The notes: a model not told the origin generated them from the sequence alone. A DNA stretch of 64,000 bases from Myxococcota bacterium (GCA_041611735.1 JBFIML010000008.1:32001-96000), one strand, 5' to 3'; positions 29,872-40,208 are shown, counted from the stretch's first letter. Translations and numbers: made by a program.

Positions 29872-31461
29872 ATGGAATGGAACCTCGCGGATCTCTTCGA
29901 ATCGGTGGCGGACGCGGTCCCGGATCGCGTGGCGCTGGTGTGCGGCGAGCAGCGGCTCCGCTTCGCGGAGCTGGAGGCCCGGGCCAACCGCTGCGCCCAC
30001 GCCCTGGCTGCCCGCGGCGTCGGGCCCGGCGCGCACGTGGGCCTCTACCTCCACAACGGCACCGAGTACGTGGAGAGCATGCTCGCCTGTCTCAAGCTCC
30101 GGGCGGTGCCGGTCAACGTGAACTTCCGCTACGTGGAGGACGAGCTGCGCTACCTGCTGCAGGATTCCGGCGCGGTGGCGCTGGTGCACCAGCGCGGGCT
30201 GGGGCCGCGCGTGGCCTCGGTGGCCGACGGACTCCCCGCGCTGCGCGCGCGGCTCTCGGTGGAGGATGGCAGCGGAGCGACATCGGGCGACGCCACGGAC
30301 TACGCGGCGGCCCTGGCCGCGGCCTCCCCGGAGCGGGAGTTCCCGCCGCGCTCGGGCGACGACCTCTACGTGATCTACACCGGCGGCACCACCGGCATGC
30401 CGAAGGGTGTCATGTGGCGCCAGGAGGACCTCTTCTTCAGCGGCCTCTTCGGCGCGAACCCGGGCGGCCCGCCCGCCGAGCGACCGGAGCAGGTCGCGGA
30501 GCGCGCGCGCGAGAAGGCGCCGATGGCGATGATGTCCGCGGCGCCGCTGATCCACGGCGCGGCCCAGCTCGGCAGCTGGATCGCGCTGCTCCAGGGCTAC
30601 GTCGCGGTGCTGGCACCCCGCTTCGATCCGCGCGAGATCTGGCGCACGGTGGAGGCCGAGCGGGTCCGCAGCCTCTCGATCGTGGGCGACGCCATGGCCC
30701 GCCCCCTGGCGGAAGCCCTGGAGGAGCCGGACTTCGCCTGCGACGCCTCCTCGCTGCTCGTGCTCTCCTCGGCCGGCGCGATCCTCTCCCCGGCGGTGCG
30801 CGAGCAGCTGAAGCGCCGGCTTCCCAAGCTCGGGCTCCTCGACAGCTTCGGCGCCTCCGAGACCGGAGCCCAGGGCATGGAGGCGGGCGCCCGCACCCCC
30901 GACGGCGGCATGCGCTTCCGCATGAACGAGAACACGGTGGTGCTGGACGACGATCTGCACCCGATCGAGCCGGGCTCCGGCCAGGTCGGCCGCCTGGCCC
31001 TGCGCGGCCGCGTTCCCCTTGGCTACCACCGAGACGCGGAGAAGACGGCCCGAACCTTCGTGAGCGTGGACGGCGTGCGGCACGTGTTGCCGGGCGACCT
31101 CGCCCGGCCGGAGGCGGACGGGACCATCACCGTCTTCGGCCGCGGCTCCCAGTGCATCAACTCGGGGGGCGAGAAGATCTTCCCCGAAGAGGTGGAGGGG
31201 GTGCTCAAGTCGCATCCTGACGTCTTCGACGCCGTGGTGGTGGGCGTTCCCGACGCACGTTGGGGCGAGCGGGTCGCGGCCCTGGTGCAGCTGCGTCCGG
31301 GACGCCAGCCCGAGGCCGACGATCTCGCGGGCCACTGCCGCAAGCACCTGGCGGGCTACAAGGTGCCCCGCCAGGTGCGCTTCGTGGAGCACATGGAGCG
31401 CTCCCCGAGCGGGAAGCCCGACTACCCCTGGGCGAAGACGACCGCCCAGCGAGAGGAGTGA
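29872..31461 (+). CDS. fadD19: Steroid acyl-CoA synthetase, FadD19-like
   Basis: NVNFRYVEDELRYL, YTGGTTGMPKGVMWR, CINSGGEKIFPEEVE, PSGKPDY. Confidence 0.8.
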   Translation: MEWNLADLFESVADAVPDRVALVCGEQRLRFAELEARANRCAHALAARGVGPGAHVGLYLHNGTEYVESMLACLKLRAVPVNVNFRYVEDELRYLLQDSGAVALVHQRGLGPRVASVADGLPALRARLSVEDGSGATSGDATDYAAALAAASPEREFPPRSGDDLYVIYTGGTTGMPKGVMWRQEDLFFSGLFGANPGGPPAERPEQVAERAREKAPMAMMSAAPLIHGAAQLGSWIALLQGYVAVLAPRFDPREIWRTVEAERVRSLSIVGDAMARPLAEALEEPDFACDASSLLVLSSAGAILSPAVREQLKRRLPKLGLLDSFGASETGAQGMEAGARTPDGGMRFRMNENTVVLDDDLHPIEPGSGQVGRLALRGRVPLGYHRDAEKTARTFVSVDGVRHVLPGDLARPEADGTITVFGRGSQCINSGGEKIFPEEVEGVLKSHPDVFDAVVVGVPDARWGERVAALVQLRPGRQPEADDLAGHCRKHLAGYKVPRQVRFVEHMERSPSGKPDYPWAKTTAQREE

Positions 31462-31515
31462 GACGGATGGCCGAGATGCAAGCCGCCCCGGGCGGCGGCC
31501 GGCGAGCGTAGCCCC

Positions 31516-33060
31516 ATGAAGGGTTTCTGGAACTTCGCGCAGCAGGATCCCGGCAAGCTCGCCCTCGTGGACGCGGGAGGTCGCGCGTGGACCCGGGGCG
31601 AGCTGCTGGCCGAGTGCAACCGTTTGGTGCACGGCCTGCGCGGGCTCGGGCTCCAGCCGGGGGATTGCGTGGCGACGCTGCTCCCGAACGGCGCGCCGGC
31701 CATCGCCCTCTACCTGGCCGCCGCCCAGGCGGGCTGGTACCTGACCCCTGTCAACTGGCACCTGACGGCCCCGGAGATCGCCTACATCCTGGCGGACTGC
31801 GAGGCCCGGGCCTTCGTGGCCGACGAGCGCTTCGGCGCGGCGGCGCGGGCCGCGGCCGACGAGGCGGGCGTTCCAGCCGACCGTTGCTTCGCGGTGGGGG
31901 TCATCGAGGGCTTCCGTCCCTGGACGGAGCTCAGCGCCGGCCGCCCCGACACGCTTCCCGAGGAGCGCGCCGCCGGCTCGGTCATGAACTACACCTCTGG
32001 CACCACGGGGCGGCCCAAGGGCGTGCGTCGTGGCCTCGCGCCCCTCGACCCGGACACGGTCGCGACCCTGTACACGGGGCTGCTCGCCATGTTCGGGATC
32101 GAGCCCGAGCAGGACAACGTGCACCTGGTGGGCTCGCCCCTCTACCACACCGCGGTGCTCATGTTCGCTTCCGCGTCGTTGCACTTCGGCCACGCGCTCG
32201 TGGTCGTGGACCGCTGGACGCCGGAGGGCTGCCTCGAGCTCGTGGCGCGCCACCGGGCCACCACGACCCACATGGTGCCGACCCAGTTCCACCGGCTGCT
32301 GGCGCTGCCGGACGCGGTGCGCGCCCGTCACGACGTCTCGTCCTGGCGGCACGTGATCCACGCCGCCGCGCCCTGTCCCGTGGAGGTGAAGCGCCGCATG
32401 CTCGAGTGGTGGGGTCCGGTGGTCTACGAGTACTATGCCGCCACCGAGGGCGGCGGCACCATCGTCCGGCCCGAGGAGTGGCTTCAGCGGCCTGGTACGG
32501 TGGGACGGGCCTGGCCGGGTGCGGAGATCCGCATCCTGGACGACGATGGCAAGGACTGCCCGCCCAACCAGCCGGGCACGGTCTACCTGAAGCTCGGCCA
32601 GGCCGACTTCGAGTACTACAAGGACGCGGAGAAGACGCGCCAGAACCGTCGCGAAGGTTTCTTCACGGTGGGCGACGTGGGCTACCTGGACGGGGACGGC
32701 TTCCTCTTCCTGTGCGACCGCAAGGCGGACATGATCATCGCCGGGGGCGTCAACATCTATCCCGCGGAGATCGAGAGCGTCCTGCTCACCCACCCCCAGG
32801 TGGGTGATGCGGCGGTCTTCGGCATCCCGCACCCGGACTGGGGCGAGGAGGTCAAGGCCGTGATCGAGCCGGCGGCCGGTGTCGCGGCCGGCCCCTCGTT
32901 GGCGGAGGAGCTGGTCGCCTTCTGTGGGGACAAGCTGGCGCGCTACAAGATCCCACGCAGCATCGACTTCATCGACGACATGCCGCGCGACCCGAACGGG
33001 AAGCTGTACAAGCGCAAGCTGCGCGATCCCTACTGGAAGGGCCGCGAGCGGCAGATCTAG
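31516..33060 (+). CDS. Acyl-CoA synthetase (AMP-forming)
   Basis: YTSGTTGRPKG, YYAATEGG, GDVGY, PNGKLYKR. Confidence 0.92.
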   Translation: MKGFWNFAQQDPGKLALVDAGGRAWTRGELLAECNRLVHGLRGLGLQPGDCVATLLPNGAPAIALYLAAAQAGWYLTPVNWHLTAPEIAYILADCEARAFVADERFGAAARAAADEAGVPADRCFAVGVIEGFRPWTELSAGRPDTLPEERAAGSVMNYTSGTTGRPKGVRRGLAPLDPDTVATLYTGLLAMFGIEPEQDNVHLVGSPLYHTAVLMFASASLHFGHALVVVDRWTPEGCLELVARHRATTTHMVPTQFHRLLALPDAVRARHDVSSWRHVIHAAAPCPVEVKRRMLEWWGPVVYEYYAATEGGGTIVRPEEWLQRPGTVGRAWPGAEIRILDDDGKDCPPNQPGTVYLKLGQADFEYYKDAEKTRQNRREGFFTVGDVGYLDGDGFLFLCDRKADMIIAGGVNIYPAEIESVLLTHPQVGDAAVFGIPHPDWGEEVKAVIEPAAGVAAGPSLAEELVAFCGDKLARYKIPRSIDFIDDMPRDPNGKLYKRKLRDPYWKGRERQI

Positions 33061-33063
33061 CCG

Positions 33064-34203
33064 GTGGACTTCGCCTTCAGCCAGGAGCAGGAGGCCTTCC
33101 GGGACGGGCTGCGGCGCTTCCTGGCCGAGCGCTGGCCGATCGGCGAGACACGGCGCCTGCTGGACGATGCCGAAGGCTTCGACCGCGGCGTGTGGAAGCA
33201 GATGGCGGCGGAGCTCGGGCTCCAGGGCCTGGCCATCCCCGAGGCGTGCGGAGGCCAGGGCTTCGGCTTCCTCGAGCTCGGCATCGCCCTGGAGGAGATG
33301 GGGCGGGCCCTGGCCGGCGGCCCCTTCTTCGCCACCGTGTGTCTGGCGGCCCGGGCCCTCGGCCACGGCGCCGACGAGGCCGCTCGCCGCGAGCTCCTGG
33401 CTCCCATCGCCGCGGGCGCCAGCGTGGCCACCCTGGCCCTGGCGGAGGCGGGGGGCCGCCCGGATCCCGACGCGATCGCCACCCGGGCGGAGCGCGACGG
33501 CTCGGGCTGGCGGCTGCGCGGCGAGAAGGGCTTCGTCCCGGACGGTGCGGTGGCCGACCTGCTGCTGGTGGCGGCGCGCCGTCCCGGCACGCGCGGGGCC
33601 CGGGGCCTCTCGCTGTTTGCGGTCCGGGGCGACGCCGAGGGCGTGCGCGTGGAGCCGCTCCCGGTCCTCGATCCCACGCGCCGCCAGGCCCGTCTGGTCC
33701 TCGCCGACGCGCCGGCCCGACTGCTCGGCGAGGAGGGCGCCGCCTGGCCCGCCCTGGCCCGGACCCTGGACGAGGCCCGGGTGGCGCTGGCCGCCGAGAT
33801 GGTGGGAGGCGCCGCCCGCTGCCTGGAGACCGCCGTCGAGTACGCCGGGACCCGCTTGCAGTTCGCGCGGCCGATCGGCTCCTTCCAGGCCATCAAGCAC
33901 AAGGCGGCGGAGGTGCTGCTCGAGCTCGAGTCGGCGCGCTCGGTCGCCTACTGGTCCTGGTGGGTGGCGGCGCAGGGGGGCGACGACGCGGGCGTTTTGG
34001 CCGAGGCGGCAAGCCTCGCCAAGGCGGCCGCGGCGGAGGCGTACCTGCGCGCCGCCGCCGAGAACCTGCACGTACACGGGGGCATGGGCGTCACCTGGGA
34101 GCACGACGCCCACCTCCACGTGCGGCGCGCCTTCTGCTCGGACGTCTGGCTCGGTGATGCCCGCAGCCACCACGTCCGTCTCGCGGAGCGACTCGGCCTC
34201 TGA
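33064..34203 (+). CDS. Acyl-CoA dehydrogenase family, probably a non-catalytic partner subunit
   Basis: RLQFARPIGSFQAIKH, HGGMGVTWE; short C-terminus without the GT(x)E motif. Confidence 0.88.
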   Translation: MDFAFSQEQEAFRDGLRRFLAERWPIGETRRLLDDAEGFDRGVWKQMAAELGLQGLAIPEACGGQGFGFLELGIALEEMGRALAGGPFFATVCLAARALGHGADEAARRELLAPIAAGASVATLALAEAGGRPDPDAIATRAERDGSGWRLRGEKGFVPDGAVADLLLVAARRPGTRGARGLSLFAVRGDAEGVRVEPLPVLDPTRRQARLVLADAPARLLGEEGAAWPALARTLDEARVALAAEMVGGAARCLETAVEYAGTRLQFARPIGSFQAIKHKAAEVLLELESARSVAYWSWWVAAQGGDDAGVLAEAASLAKAAAAEAYLRAAAENLHVHGGMGVTWEHDAHLHVRRAFCSDVWLGDARSHHVRLAERLGL

Positions 34204-34268
34204 CGGTCCCGCCCCGTTGAGCCGGCCACCGCGCCGTGCTGCAATGGGGCCCGGGAGGGAGGCGCGGG

Positions 34269-35297
34269 ATGCGCGAGATCGCCGCCCGTCTCTTGCTGCT
34301 GGGGGGCGGCCTTCTGGTGGCCGTGCTCGGCACGGAGCTCGTGCTCCGGGTGGTCCACGGCCGAACCCGCCAGGAGCTGCTGGTCCCGTCCGGTCTGTTC
34401 CGCTGGGACCCGCGCCTCGGATGGGCCGGGCTTCCCGGTGCGGCCGGCGTATCGCACTACTTCGGCCACCCGGTGCACTACACCATCAACTCCCACGGCC
34501 TGCGCGACGACGAGACGGCCTACGCGAAGCCAGCGGACGTGTTCCGCATGGTGGTCGTTGGAGATTCGGACACGTTCGGCGAGGGCATCCCAGTCGAGAG
34601 ACACTTCACGCGTCTGCTGGAGGGCTACTTCCGCAACCTGGAGGTGCTGAACCTGGGCGTCTCGGGCTACGGCATCGACCAGGAGCTGCTGGCCCTCCAG
34701 CTCGAGGGCGTGCGCTATCAGCCGGACGTCGTGCTCGCTCTCGTGCTCCACTACGGGAGCCATCGTCACATGCACAGCGTCCGCTTCGGAAAGGCCAAGC
34801 CCCGCTTCGTCCGGGGCCCCGAGGGCCTGGTGCTCGTGAACTCACCGGTGCCCGACCCCTACGCGCCGGCCCCGGTCACGGACCGGAGCCTCCCGGCCCG
34901 GCTCGACCGCAAGCTGCGCCACCGCAGCCGTCTGTACGCGCGCTTCTTCCCGGGCCCGGCGGCCGCGCCCCCGCCCGCCGACCCGGAGCCGGACGCGGCC
35001 TTCGAGGCGGAGGTGCATGCCCTGGGACGCGAGATCTTCCGGGAGATGCAGGGCAGCGCGGCCGCCCACGGGGCCCGCTTCCTGCTGATCACCAAGCAGC
35101 CGCGCATCGCCGCCTCGGTGGACGGGACGGGCATCCCGGTGCTCGACCTGCGCGCCGCCCTGGACAACCCCTTCTTCCACCTGGACGAGCCCGCCGGGCA
35201 TCCCAACGAGGCGGCCAACGGGGTGATCGCCCGGGAGATCGCCCGCTTCCTCACGGAGCGGGCGTGGATCCCGGCGGCGCACCGTCGGGGCGCCTGA
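34269..35297 (+). CDS. SGNH/GDSL hydrolase-like membrane-anchored protein
   Basis: N-terminal TM, INSHGLRD, VGDSDTFG, NLGVSGYG, GHPN. Confidence 0.75.
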   Translation: MREIAARLLLLGGGLLVAVLGTELVLRVVHGRTRQELLVPSGLFRWDPRLGWAGLPGAAGVSHYFGHPVHYTINSHGLRDDETAYAKPADVFRMVVVGDSDTFGEGIPVERHFTRLLEGYFRNLEVLNLGVSGYGIDQELLALQLEGVRYQPDVVLALVLHYGSHRHMHSVRFGKAKPRFVRGPEGLVLVNSPVPDPYAPAPVTDRSLPARLDRKLRHRSRLYARFFPGPAAAPPPADPEPDAAFEAEVHALGREIFREMQGSAAAHGARFLLITKQPRIAASVDGTGIPVLDLRAALDNPFFHLDEPAGHPNEAANGVIAREIARFLTERAWIPAAHRRGA

Positions 35298-35301
35298 GTC
35301 G

Positions 35302-37005
35302 CTACCAGCTTCCCCCGCCCCCGCCCCCGAAGCCGCCTCCGCTGGAGCCCCCGGAGAAGCCGCTGCCCCCCGAGCTGCGGGGGGTCGAGGCCAGGGTGCG
35401 CCCGATGCTGTTCAGGGACTGGCCCAGGTCGCCCACGAAGCGGCGCGGCGCGAAGCCGTCGGCGTAGCGGGCCGAGCGGTACCAGCGCGGCGGCTCCGTG
35501 TAGATGGAGGCGAAGGCGTCCGCCCACGCGTCCGCCACCCCGAGCACCACGGCGTAGGGCAGCACGCGCTCGAAGCGCTCCACGCTGCGGCCGCCCAGCC
35601 GCTCCAGGCGGTCGGCATCCACGCGCCGCACGAACTCCCGGAAGCCCGCGATCTCCTCGTAGACCTCCCGGCCCTTGCGCGTGCGGCGCGGCATGAACCG
35701 CGAGAAGGCCAGCACCACCCCGCCGCTGGCCGCCAGGGCCAGGGCTCCGCCCGGCGCCACGAGCCCCGAGAGGCCCAGCAGGGCCGCGGCCCCGAGCACG
35801 GCCACGCCGATTCCGGCCCAGGTCCTGCGCACGCGATCCGGTGAGACCGGGAAGTAGCCGCCCCGACGCGAGACCGCCCGGTAGAGCTCCTTGCGGATCC
35901 CGGGCAGATGCACGTGGAACTGGTTGCGCAGCGACGAGACCAGCAGCGTCTCGCCCCCGCCGAAGAGCGCCCCCAGGAGCCGGGACTCGTGGAGGCGCAG
36001 GTCCCCGGCAGGCATCGAGCGCCGCTGGAGCCGGTAGTCCCGGTCCGAGAGGAAGAGGAAGCGCGAGCTCTCGATCTCCTGGATCTCCAGGTGTCCGCGC
36101 ACCGCGAGGTCCAGGATGGTGGCCGTCACGTCCTCGAGATCCGCGCGCTCGTCGGCCACCACCCCCACCTCCGCCGGCGTGAGGCCTTCGGGAGGCTCGT
36201 AGCGCACCGGGATCGCCTCGCGGCCCACGGGGTCCCGCCCCCGGGAGCGCCACAGCCGTGTCATGCCGGCCAGGGCGGCGAACGGGAGCAGCAGCCAGGC
36301 CCCGCCGTAGTCGCGCAGCGTGTCGAGCAGACGCGCCCAGGCCGCCGGCTCGCGGAGTACCCCCTTCGGAAGCCCCACCACCAGGGTGAGCCCTTCGCCC
36401 GGGGCGAAGCCGCCCTCGGCCTCGAAGCGCACCGCATCTCCGCGCCGTTCGGCCCGGCAGGCGGCGGCCCGGGAGCCCGCGGCCCCGGTGAAGCAGGCCA
36501 GCCGCGCGGTGGCCGCTGCGGCCGTCGCCGGGAGCCTCACCACCGCCCCCGCCCGCTCCATGGGCACCGGCCACCCGTTCCCCGTGGCGTTCCAGTACAG
36601 CTCGTCGTGGGCCTCCAGGTACTGGATGGCGCGTCCCACCCGGTAGCGCAGGCGGTAGTGCCGGAGACCCGTGACCGTGCGCCGCGGGTCCCCGATCCGG
36701 ATGCGCAGCGAGGCGCCGGAGCGTGAGATCTGGTAGGGCTGCTCCGCTCCCTTGGCATCGGTCACGGCCTCGACCTCGAGACGCATGCGGCGGCGTCCCA
36801 CCGCGTCGCGGCTATACAGCACCGGGATGTCCCGGAAGATCCCGTGGCGCTGGAGGGGGCCGAAGTCGTAGGCGATGGACTCGGTGACCAGGAAGCTGCC
36901 GTCCGGGTCCAGGGAGATCTCCACCTCGAAGGAGCGGATCCGCTCCGCCTGCGCCGGCGCCGCCAGGGCCAGCGCGAGCAGCGCGGCGCGGAGCGCCCGG
37001 CCCAC
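35302..37005 (-). CDS. DUF2207 membrane protein
   Basis: HGIFRDIP, ELYWNATG, LPYAVVLG, Gly/Ser tail ending GGGGGGSW. Confidence 0.88.
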   Translation of the reverse strand: MGRALRAALLALALAAPAQAERIRSFEVEISLDPDGSFLVTESIAYDFGPLQRHGIFRDIPVLYSRDAVGRRRMRLEVEAVTDAKGAEQPYQISRSGASLRIRIGDPRRTVTGLRHYRLRYRVGRAIQYLEAHDELYWNATGNGWPVPMERAGAVVRLPATAAAATARLACFTGAAGSRAAACRAERRGDAVRFEAEGGFAPGEGLTLVVGLPKGVLREPAAWARLLDTLRDYGGAWLLLPFAALAGMTRLWRSRGRDPVGREAIPVRYEPPEGLTPAEVGVVADERADLEDVTATILDLAVRGHLEIQEIESSRFLFLSDRDYRLQRRSMPAGDLRLHESRLLGALFGGGETLLVSSLRNQFHVHLPGIRKELYRAVSRRGGYFPVSPDRVRRTWAGIGVAVLGAAALLGLSGLVAPGGALALAASGGVVLAFSRFMPRRTRKGREVYEEIAGFREFVRRVDADRLERLGGRSVERFERVLPYAVVLGVADAWADAFASIYTEPPRWYRSARYADGFAPRRFVGDLGQSLNSIGRTLASTPRSSGGSGFSGGSSGGGFGGGGGGSW

Positions 37006-37006
37006 G

Positions 37007-37564
37007 TCAGCCGCCGAACGAGACCGCGGGGGCGCTGCGCTCGGCGGCCGAGTCCAGCTCGAAGTAGTCCTTGCGGGAGAAGCCGAAGCCGGAGGCCACC
37101 AGGTTGCTGGGGAAGGACTCGCACAGGGTGTTGAGGTCCCGCACCACCGCGTTGTAGTAGCGCCGGGCGTTCTGGATCGCGTCCTCCAGGTTCGAGAGGT
37201 CCTGCTGGAGCGAGAGGAAGTTCTGGTTGGCCTTGAGCTCCGGATACGCCTCCGCCACGGCGAACAGGCTCTTCAGGGCCCCGGTCAGTGCTCCCTCGGC
37301 GACGGCCTTGTCCCCGGGACCGCTGGCCTGCATGGCCCGGGTGCGGGCCTCGGTGACCTTCTGGAAGGTGGCGGCTTCGTGTCGCGCGTAGCCCTTCACC
37401 GTCTCCACCAGGTTCGGAATCAGCTCGTAGCGCCGTTTGAGCTGCACGTCGATGTCGCTCCAGGCGCTCTCGCTCGAGTTGCGCAGCCGAACCAGCCGGT
37501 TGTAGAGCACGACGACGTAGCCGGCGACCGCGCCCACCAGCAGCAGGACGATCCAGAATCCCAT
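37007..37564 (-). CDS. lemA: LemA family protein
   Basis: WSDIDVQLKRRYELIPNLVETVKGY, AYPELKANQNF. Confidence 0.93.
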   Translation of the reverse strand: MGFWIVLLLVGAVAGYVVVLYNRLVRLRNSSESAWSDIDVQLKRRYELIPNLVETVKGYARHEAATFQKVTEARTRAMQASGPGDKAVAEGALTGALKSLFAVAEAYPELKANQNFLSLQQDLSNLEDAIQNARRYYNAVVRDLNTLCESFPSNLVASGFGFSRKDYFELDSAAERSAPAVSFGG

Positions 37565-37585
37565 GGAATCCTCCCGAGCCACGAC

Positions 37586-38374
37586 CTACCGGAGTGGTCT
37601 CGCCGCGTCAACCGACCCGCCCGGGCTGGCGCCGATGCGGACTCCGAGGGCTGCCAGGGCGGCCTCCGCGTGGCGCTCCCAGCCCCGGTTGGCCGCGGGG
37701 CTCGCCGGGCTCGGGTGGGGGATGCGACCGACCCGGACCGGAAGTCCGGCCAGCGCCTCGCGAGCGCGTCGCTCGGCGAAGCCGCCCACGCCGACCACCA
37801 GGCGCGGCGCCAGGCGTTCGATGCTGGCGCGCAGGGCCCGGTCGCAGGCCGCGAAGAGCGGCTCCCGCTCCGCCCTCGGAAGCCGGTCCGGGGTCCGGTT
37901 GCGCCCGCTCGCCTCCAGGAACAGGAGCGGGCAGTAGTTGGCCACGAAGAAGCGGGCGAAGCAGGCCTCGGGGGTCCCGAAGCGGGTGCGGGCCCAGCCC
38001 CAGAGGCGCCGCCCGCTCACCTCGCTGCGGCGGCAGGCGAAGCCCTGCACGGGTCGCTTCGGGTGCTGGCAGGCCGGCGGCTCCACCGGGGCCACGATGC
38101 CGAGCCAGTCGCGCACCAGGTTCACCTCACCGAAGGGAACACCGGTCTGCGCCATGCCCCAGGGCCCGGGATTCATCCCCACCAGCACCACCCGCTTGGG
38201 AGCGGCGCCGTAGCGGCGCAGGTAGAGCGCGTGGGACCGGCGCGCGTAGACGAGCGGGTTGTAGACATGGGTCACGGGAGGGCCGAAGAGGAGCGGCGCG
38301 AGCTCGCGCACCAGCCGATCCGTGATGCGGAGCAGCGTCTTCGCGGCGTCCGGTTTCGCTCGCCGGTCGCTCAA
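37586..38374 (-). CDS. SMUG1-type (family 3) uracil-DNA glycosylase
   Basis: YNPLVYAR, GMNPGPWGMAQTGVPFG, SEVSGRRLW, HPSPASP; TTG start overlaps the upstream stop. Confidence 0.9.
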   Translation of the reverse strand: MSDRRAKPDAAKTLLRITDRLVRELAPLLFGPPVTHVYNPLVYARRSHALYLRRYGAAPKRVVLVGMNPGPWGMAQTGVPFGEVNLVRDWLGIVAPVEPPACQHPKRPVQGFACRRSEVSGRRLWGWARTRFGTPEACFARFFVANYCPLLFLEASGRNRTPDRLPRAEREPLFAACDRALRASIERLAPRLVVGVGGFAERRAREALAGLPVRVGRIPHPSPASPAANRGWERHAEAALAALGVRIGASPGGSVDAARPLR

Positions 38375-38901
38375 AGCGGCCCGACGAGGCCCGCCAGCTC
38401 CTCCCGGCTCAGCTGCCGGAAGGAGAGCCGATAGCCCTCGTAGACCGCGATGGCGTAGAAGACGAGGTCGCCGGGCCGGAAGCTGGCCGCCAGCAGGCGC
38501 CCAGCGCTGGCGGCGTCCAGGCGGTCCAGCACCTCGCGCAGGGGGAGGCCTTCCTGCGCTGCCACGATCGCGCACACGGCCAGCAGGTTGCCGAGCACGC
38601 AGCCGCCGAGGGCCAGGATCCCGCCGGCCACGCCGAACTGGCGGTCCACGCCCTTGCCGAGCGCGCGGACCGTCCAGCCCACCAGCAGGCCGATCGCCAC
38701 GGCCACGATGCCGAGCTGGTAGCCCGTGGCCGCCGCGACGGCCGCCCAGCCCGCCGCGCCCACGGCCGCCGCCACGGCGCCGCCCACCACGCCGAGCACC
38801 AGGTTCTGCTCGGAGCGCAGCAGCTGGAGCGCGTACTCGAGCCGCACCGGGTCGATGGGCGGCGTCTGCGGTGCCTCGGGCTCTCGGGGGGCCTCGCCCA
38901 C
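38371..38901 (-). CDS. Hypothetical membrane protein
   Basis: Several hydrophobic segments; EQNLVLG..DLVFYAIAVYEGYRLSFR. Confidence 0.7.
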   Translation of the reverse strand: MGEAPREPEAPQTPPIDPVRLEYALQLLRSEQNLVLGVVGGAVAAAVGAAGWAAVAAATGYQLGIVAVAIGLLVGWTVRALGKGVDRQFGVAGGILALGGCVLGNLLAVCAIVAAQEGLPLREVLDRLDAASAGRLLAASFRPGDLVFYAIAVYEGYRLSFRQLSREELAGLVGPL

Positions 38902-38923
38902 GCGGCCTAGTCTACGCAAGGGT

Positions 38924-40111
38924 TCATCCGCGCGGAAGCTTCTCGAAGGGGAGCTCGCGATCCGGCCGCGCCTCCCGGGGCAGGCCGAGCACACGCTCCG
39001 CGATCACGTTCTTCTGGATCTCGTCGGTGCCTCCGGCGATGTGCAGCGCCGGAGCGAACAGCAGCTGGCGGGTCCAGGGTGGCCGGTCGAGCAGCGCTTC
39101 GGGGCCCAGCAGTCGCTGTCCCAGGTCGCCGGCCTGGGAGAGGATGCGGGCGATGGCGAGCTTCATCACCGAGGACTCGGCGTCGGGGATGCGGCCTCGC
39201 CCGAGCTGGGTGACCACGCGCGCATTCAGGAGCTCGAGGGCCTTCACCCGCACGTAGAGATGTCCGAGCTCGTCGCGCAGGCCGGGGTCCAGGTGCTCGC
39301 GGCAGGCGCGCGCGTGGGCGGCGAGGGCTTCGAACGAGAACATGCGCTCGATCCCGCCGATCGCCATGCGTTCGTGCATCAGCGTCGTGAGCGCCACGGG
39401 CCAGCCGCCGTCCACCGGTCCGACCCGGTGCGCGTCCGGCACGCGCACCTCGTTCAGGAAGACCTCGTTGAAGTGGGCATCCCCGGTCATCTGGCGCAGG
39501 GGGCGCACCTCGACGCCCGGGGCACGCATGTCCAGCAGGAAGTAGGTGATGCCCTGGTGCTTGGGACGGGTGGGGTCGCTGCGCGCCAGCAGGATGCCCC
39601 AGTCCGCATAGTGGGCTCCCGACGACCAGGTCTTCTGGCCCGTCACGAGCCACGCGTCGCCGTCGCGAACCGCCCGCGTCGCGATGGCCGCCAGGTCGGA
39701 GCCGGCTCCGGGCTCGCTGAAGAGCTGGCACCACAGCTCGTCGCCGCGCAGCATCGGTGGCAGGAAGCGCTGCTTCTGCTCCGCGTCGCCGTGGGCGATC
39801 AGGGTGGGGCCGGCCATCCCGATCCCCACCACGAAGATCGATTCGCCGAGGCCCGCCCGGCCGAGCTCCTGGTTCCAGACGATCTGCTCCACCGGGCCGA
39901 GGCCGCGGCCGCCGTACTCGCTCGGCCACAGCAGCGCCGCCCAGCCATGCTGGTGGAGCGTGCGCTGCCAGGCGCGGGAGACGGCCAGCAGCTCCGCGTC
40001 GTCCACCTGCTCCAGGGTATAGTCGGGCCAGTGCGCCGGGGCCCGGGCGTCGAGGAAGGCGCGTGCCTGGGCCCGGAAGGCGGCTTCGGCCGGCGAGTCG
40101 CGGAAGTCCAT
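38924..40111 (-). CDS. Acyl-CoA dehydrogenase
   Basis: WCQLFSEPGAGSDLA, GQKTWSS, GGTDEIQKNVIAERVLGLP. Confidence 0.92.
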   Translation of the reverse strand: MDFRDSPAEAAFRAQARAFLDARAPAHWPDYTLEQVDDAELLAVSRAWQRTLHQHGWAALLWPSEYGGRGLGPVEQIVWNQELGRAGLGESIFVVGIGMAGPTLIAHGDAEQKQRFLPPMLRGDELWCQLFSEPGAGSDLAAIATRAVRDGDAWLVTGQKTWSSGAHYADWGILLARSDPTRPKHQGITYFLLDMRAPGVEVRPLRQMTGDAHFNEVFLNEVRVPDAHRVGPVDGGWPVALTTLMHERMAIGGIERMFSFEALAAHARACREHLDPGLRDELGHLYVRVKALELLNARVVTQLGRGRIPDAESSVMKLAIARILSQAGDLGQRLLGPEALLDRPPWTRQLLFAPALHIAGGTDEIQKNVIAERVLGLPREARPDRELPFEKLPRG

Positions 40112-40143
40112 GGCTGCCTCCCGTTGAGCCCTCGGGCCAGAAA

Positions 40144-40157
40144 TGATACACGTTTCA
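40144..40157. promoter_or_regulatory. KstR-type operator 2 (1 mismatch) between divergent ACAD genes
   Basis: TGATACACGTTTCA (reverse complement TGAAACGTGTATCA) in an AT-rich patch. Confidence 0.65.
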
Positions 40158-40208
40158 AAAACGAGGCCGCCCGCGGCGCCGGGCGGCGGCTCGATGCGGA
40201 GCCGCGGC

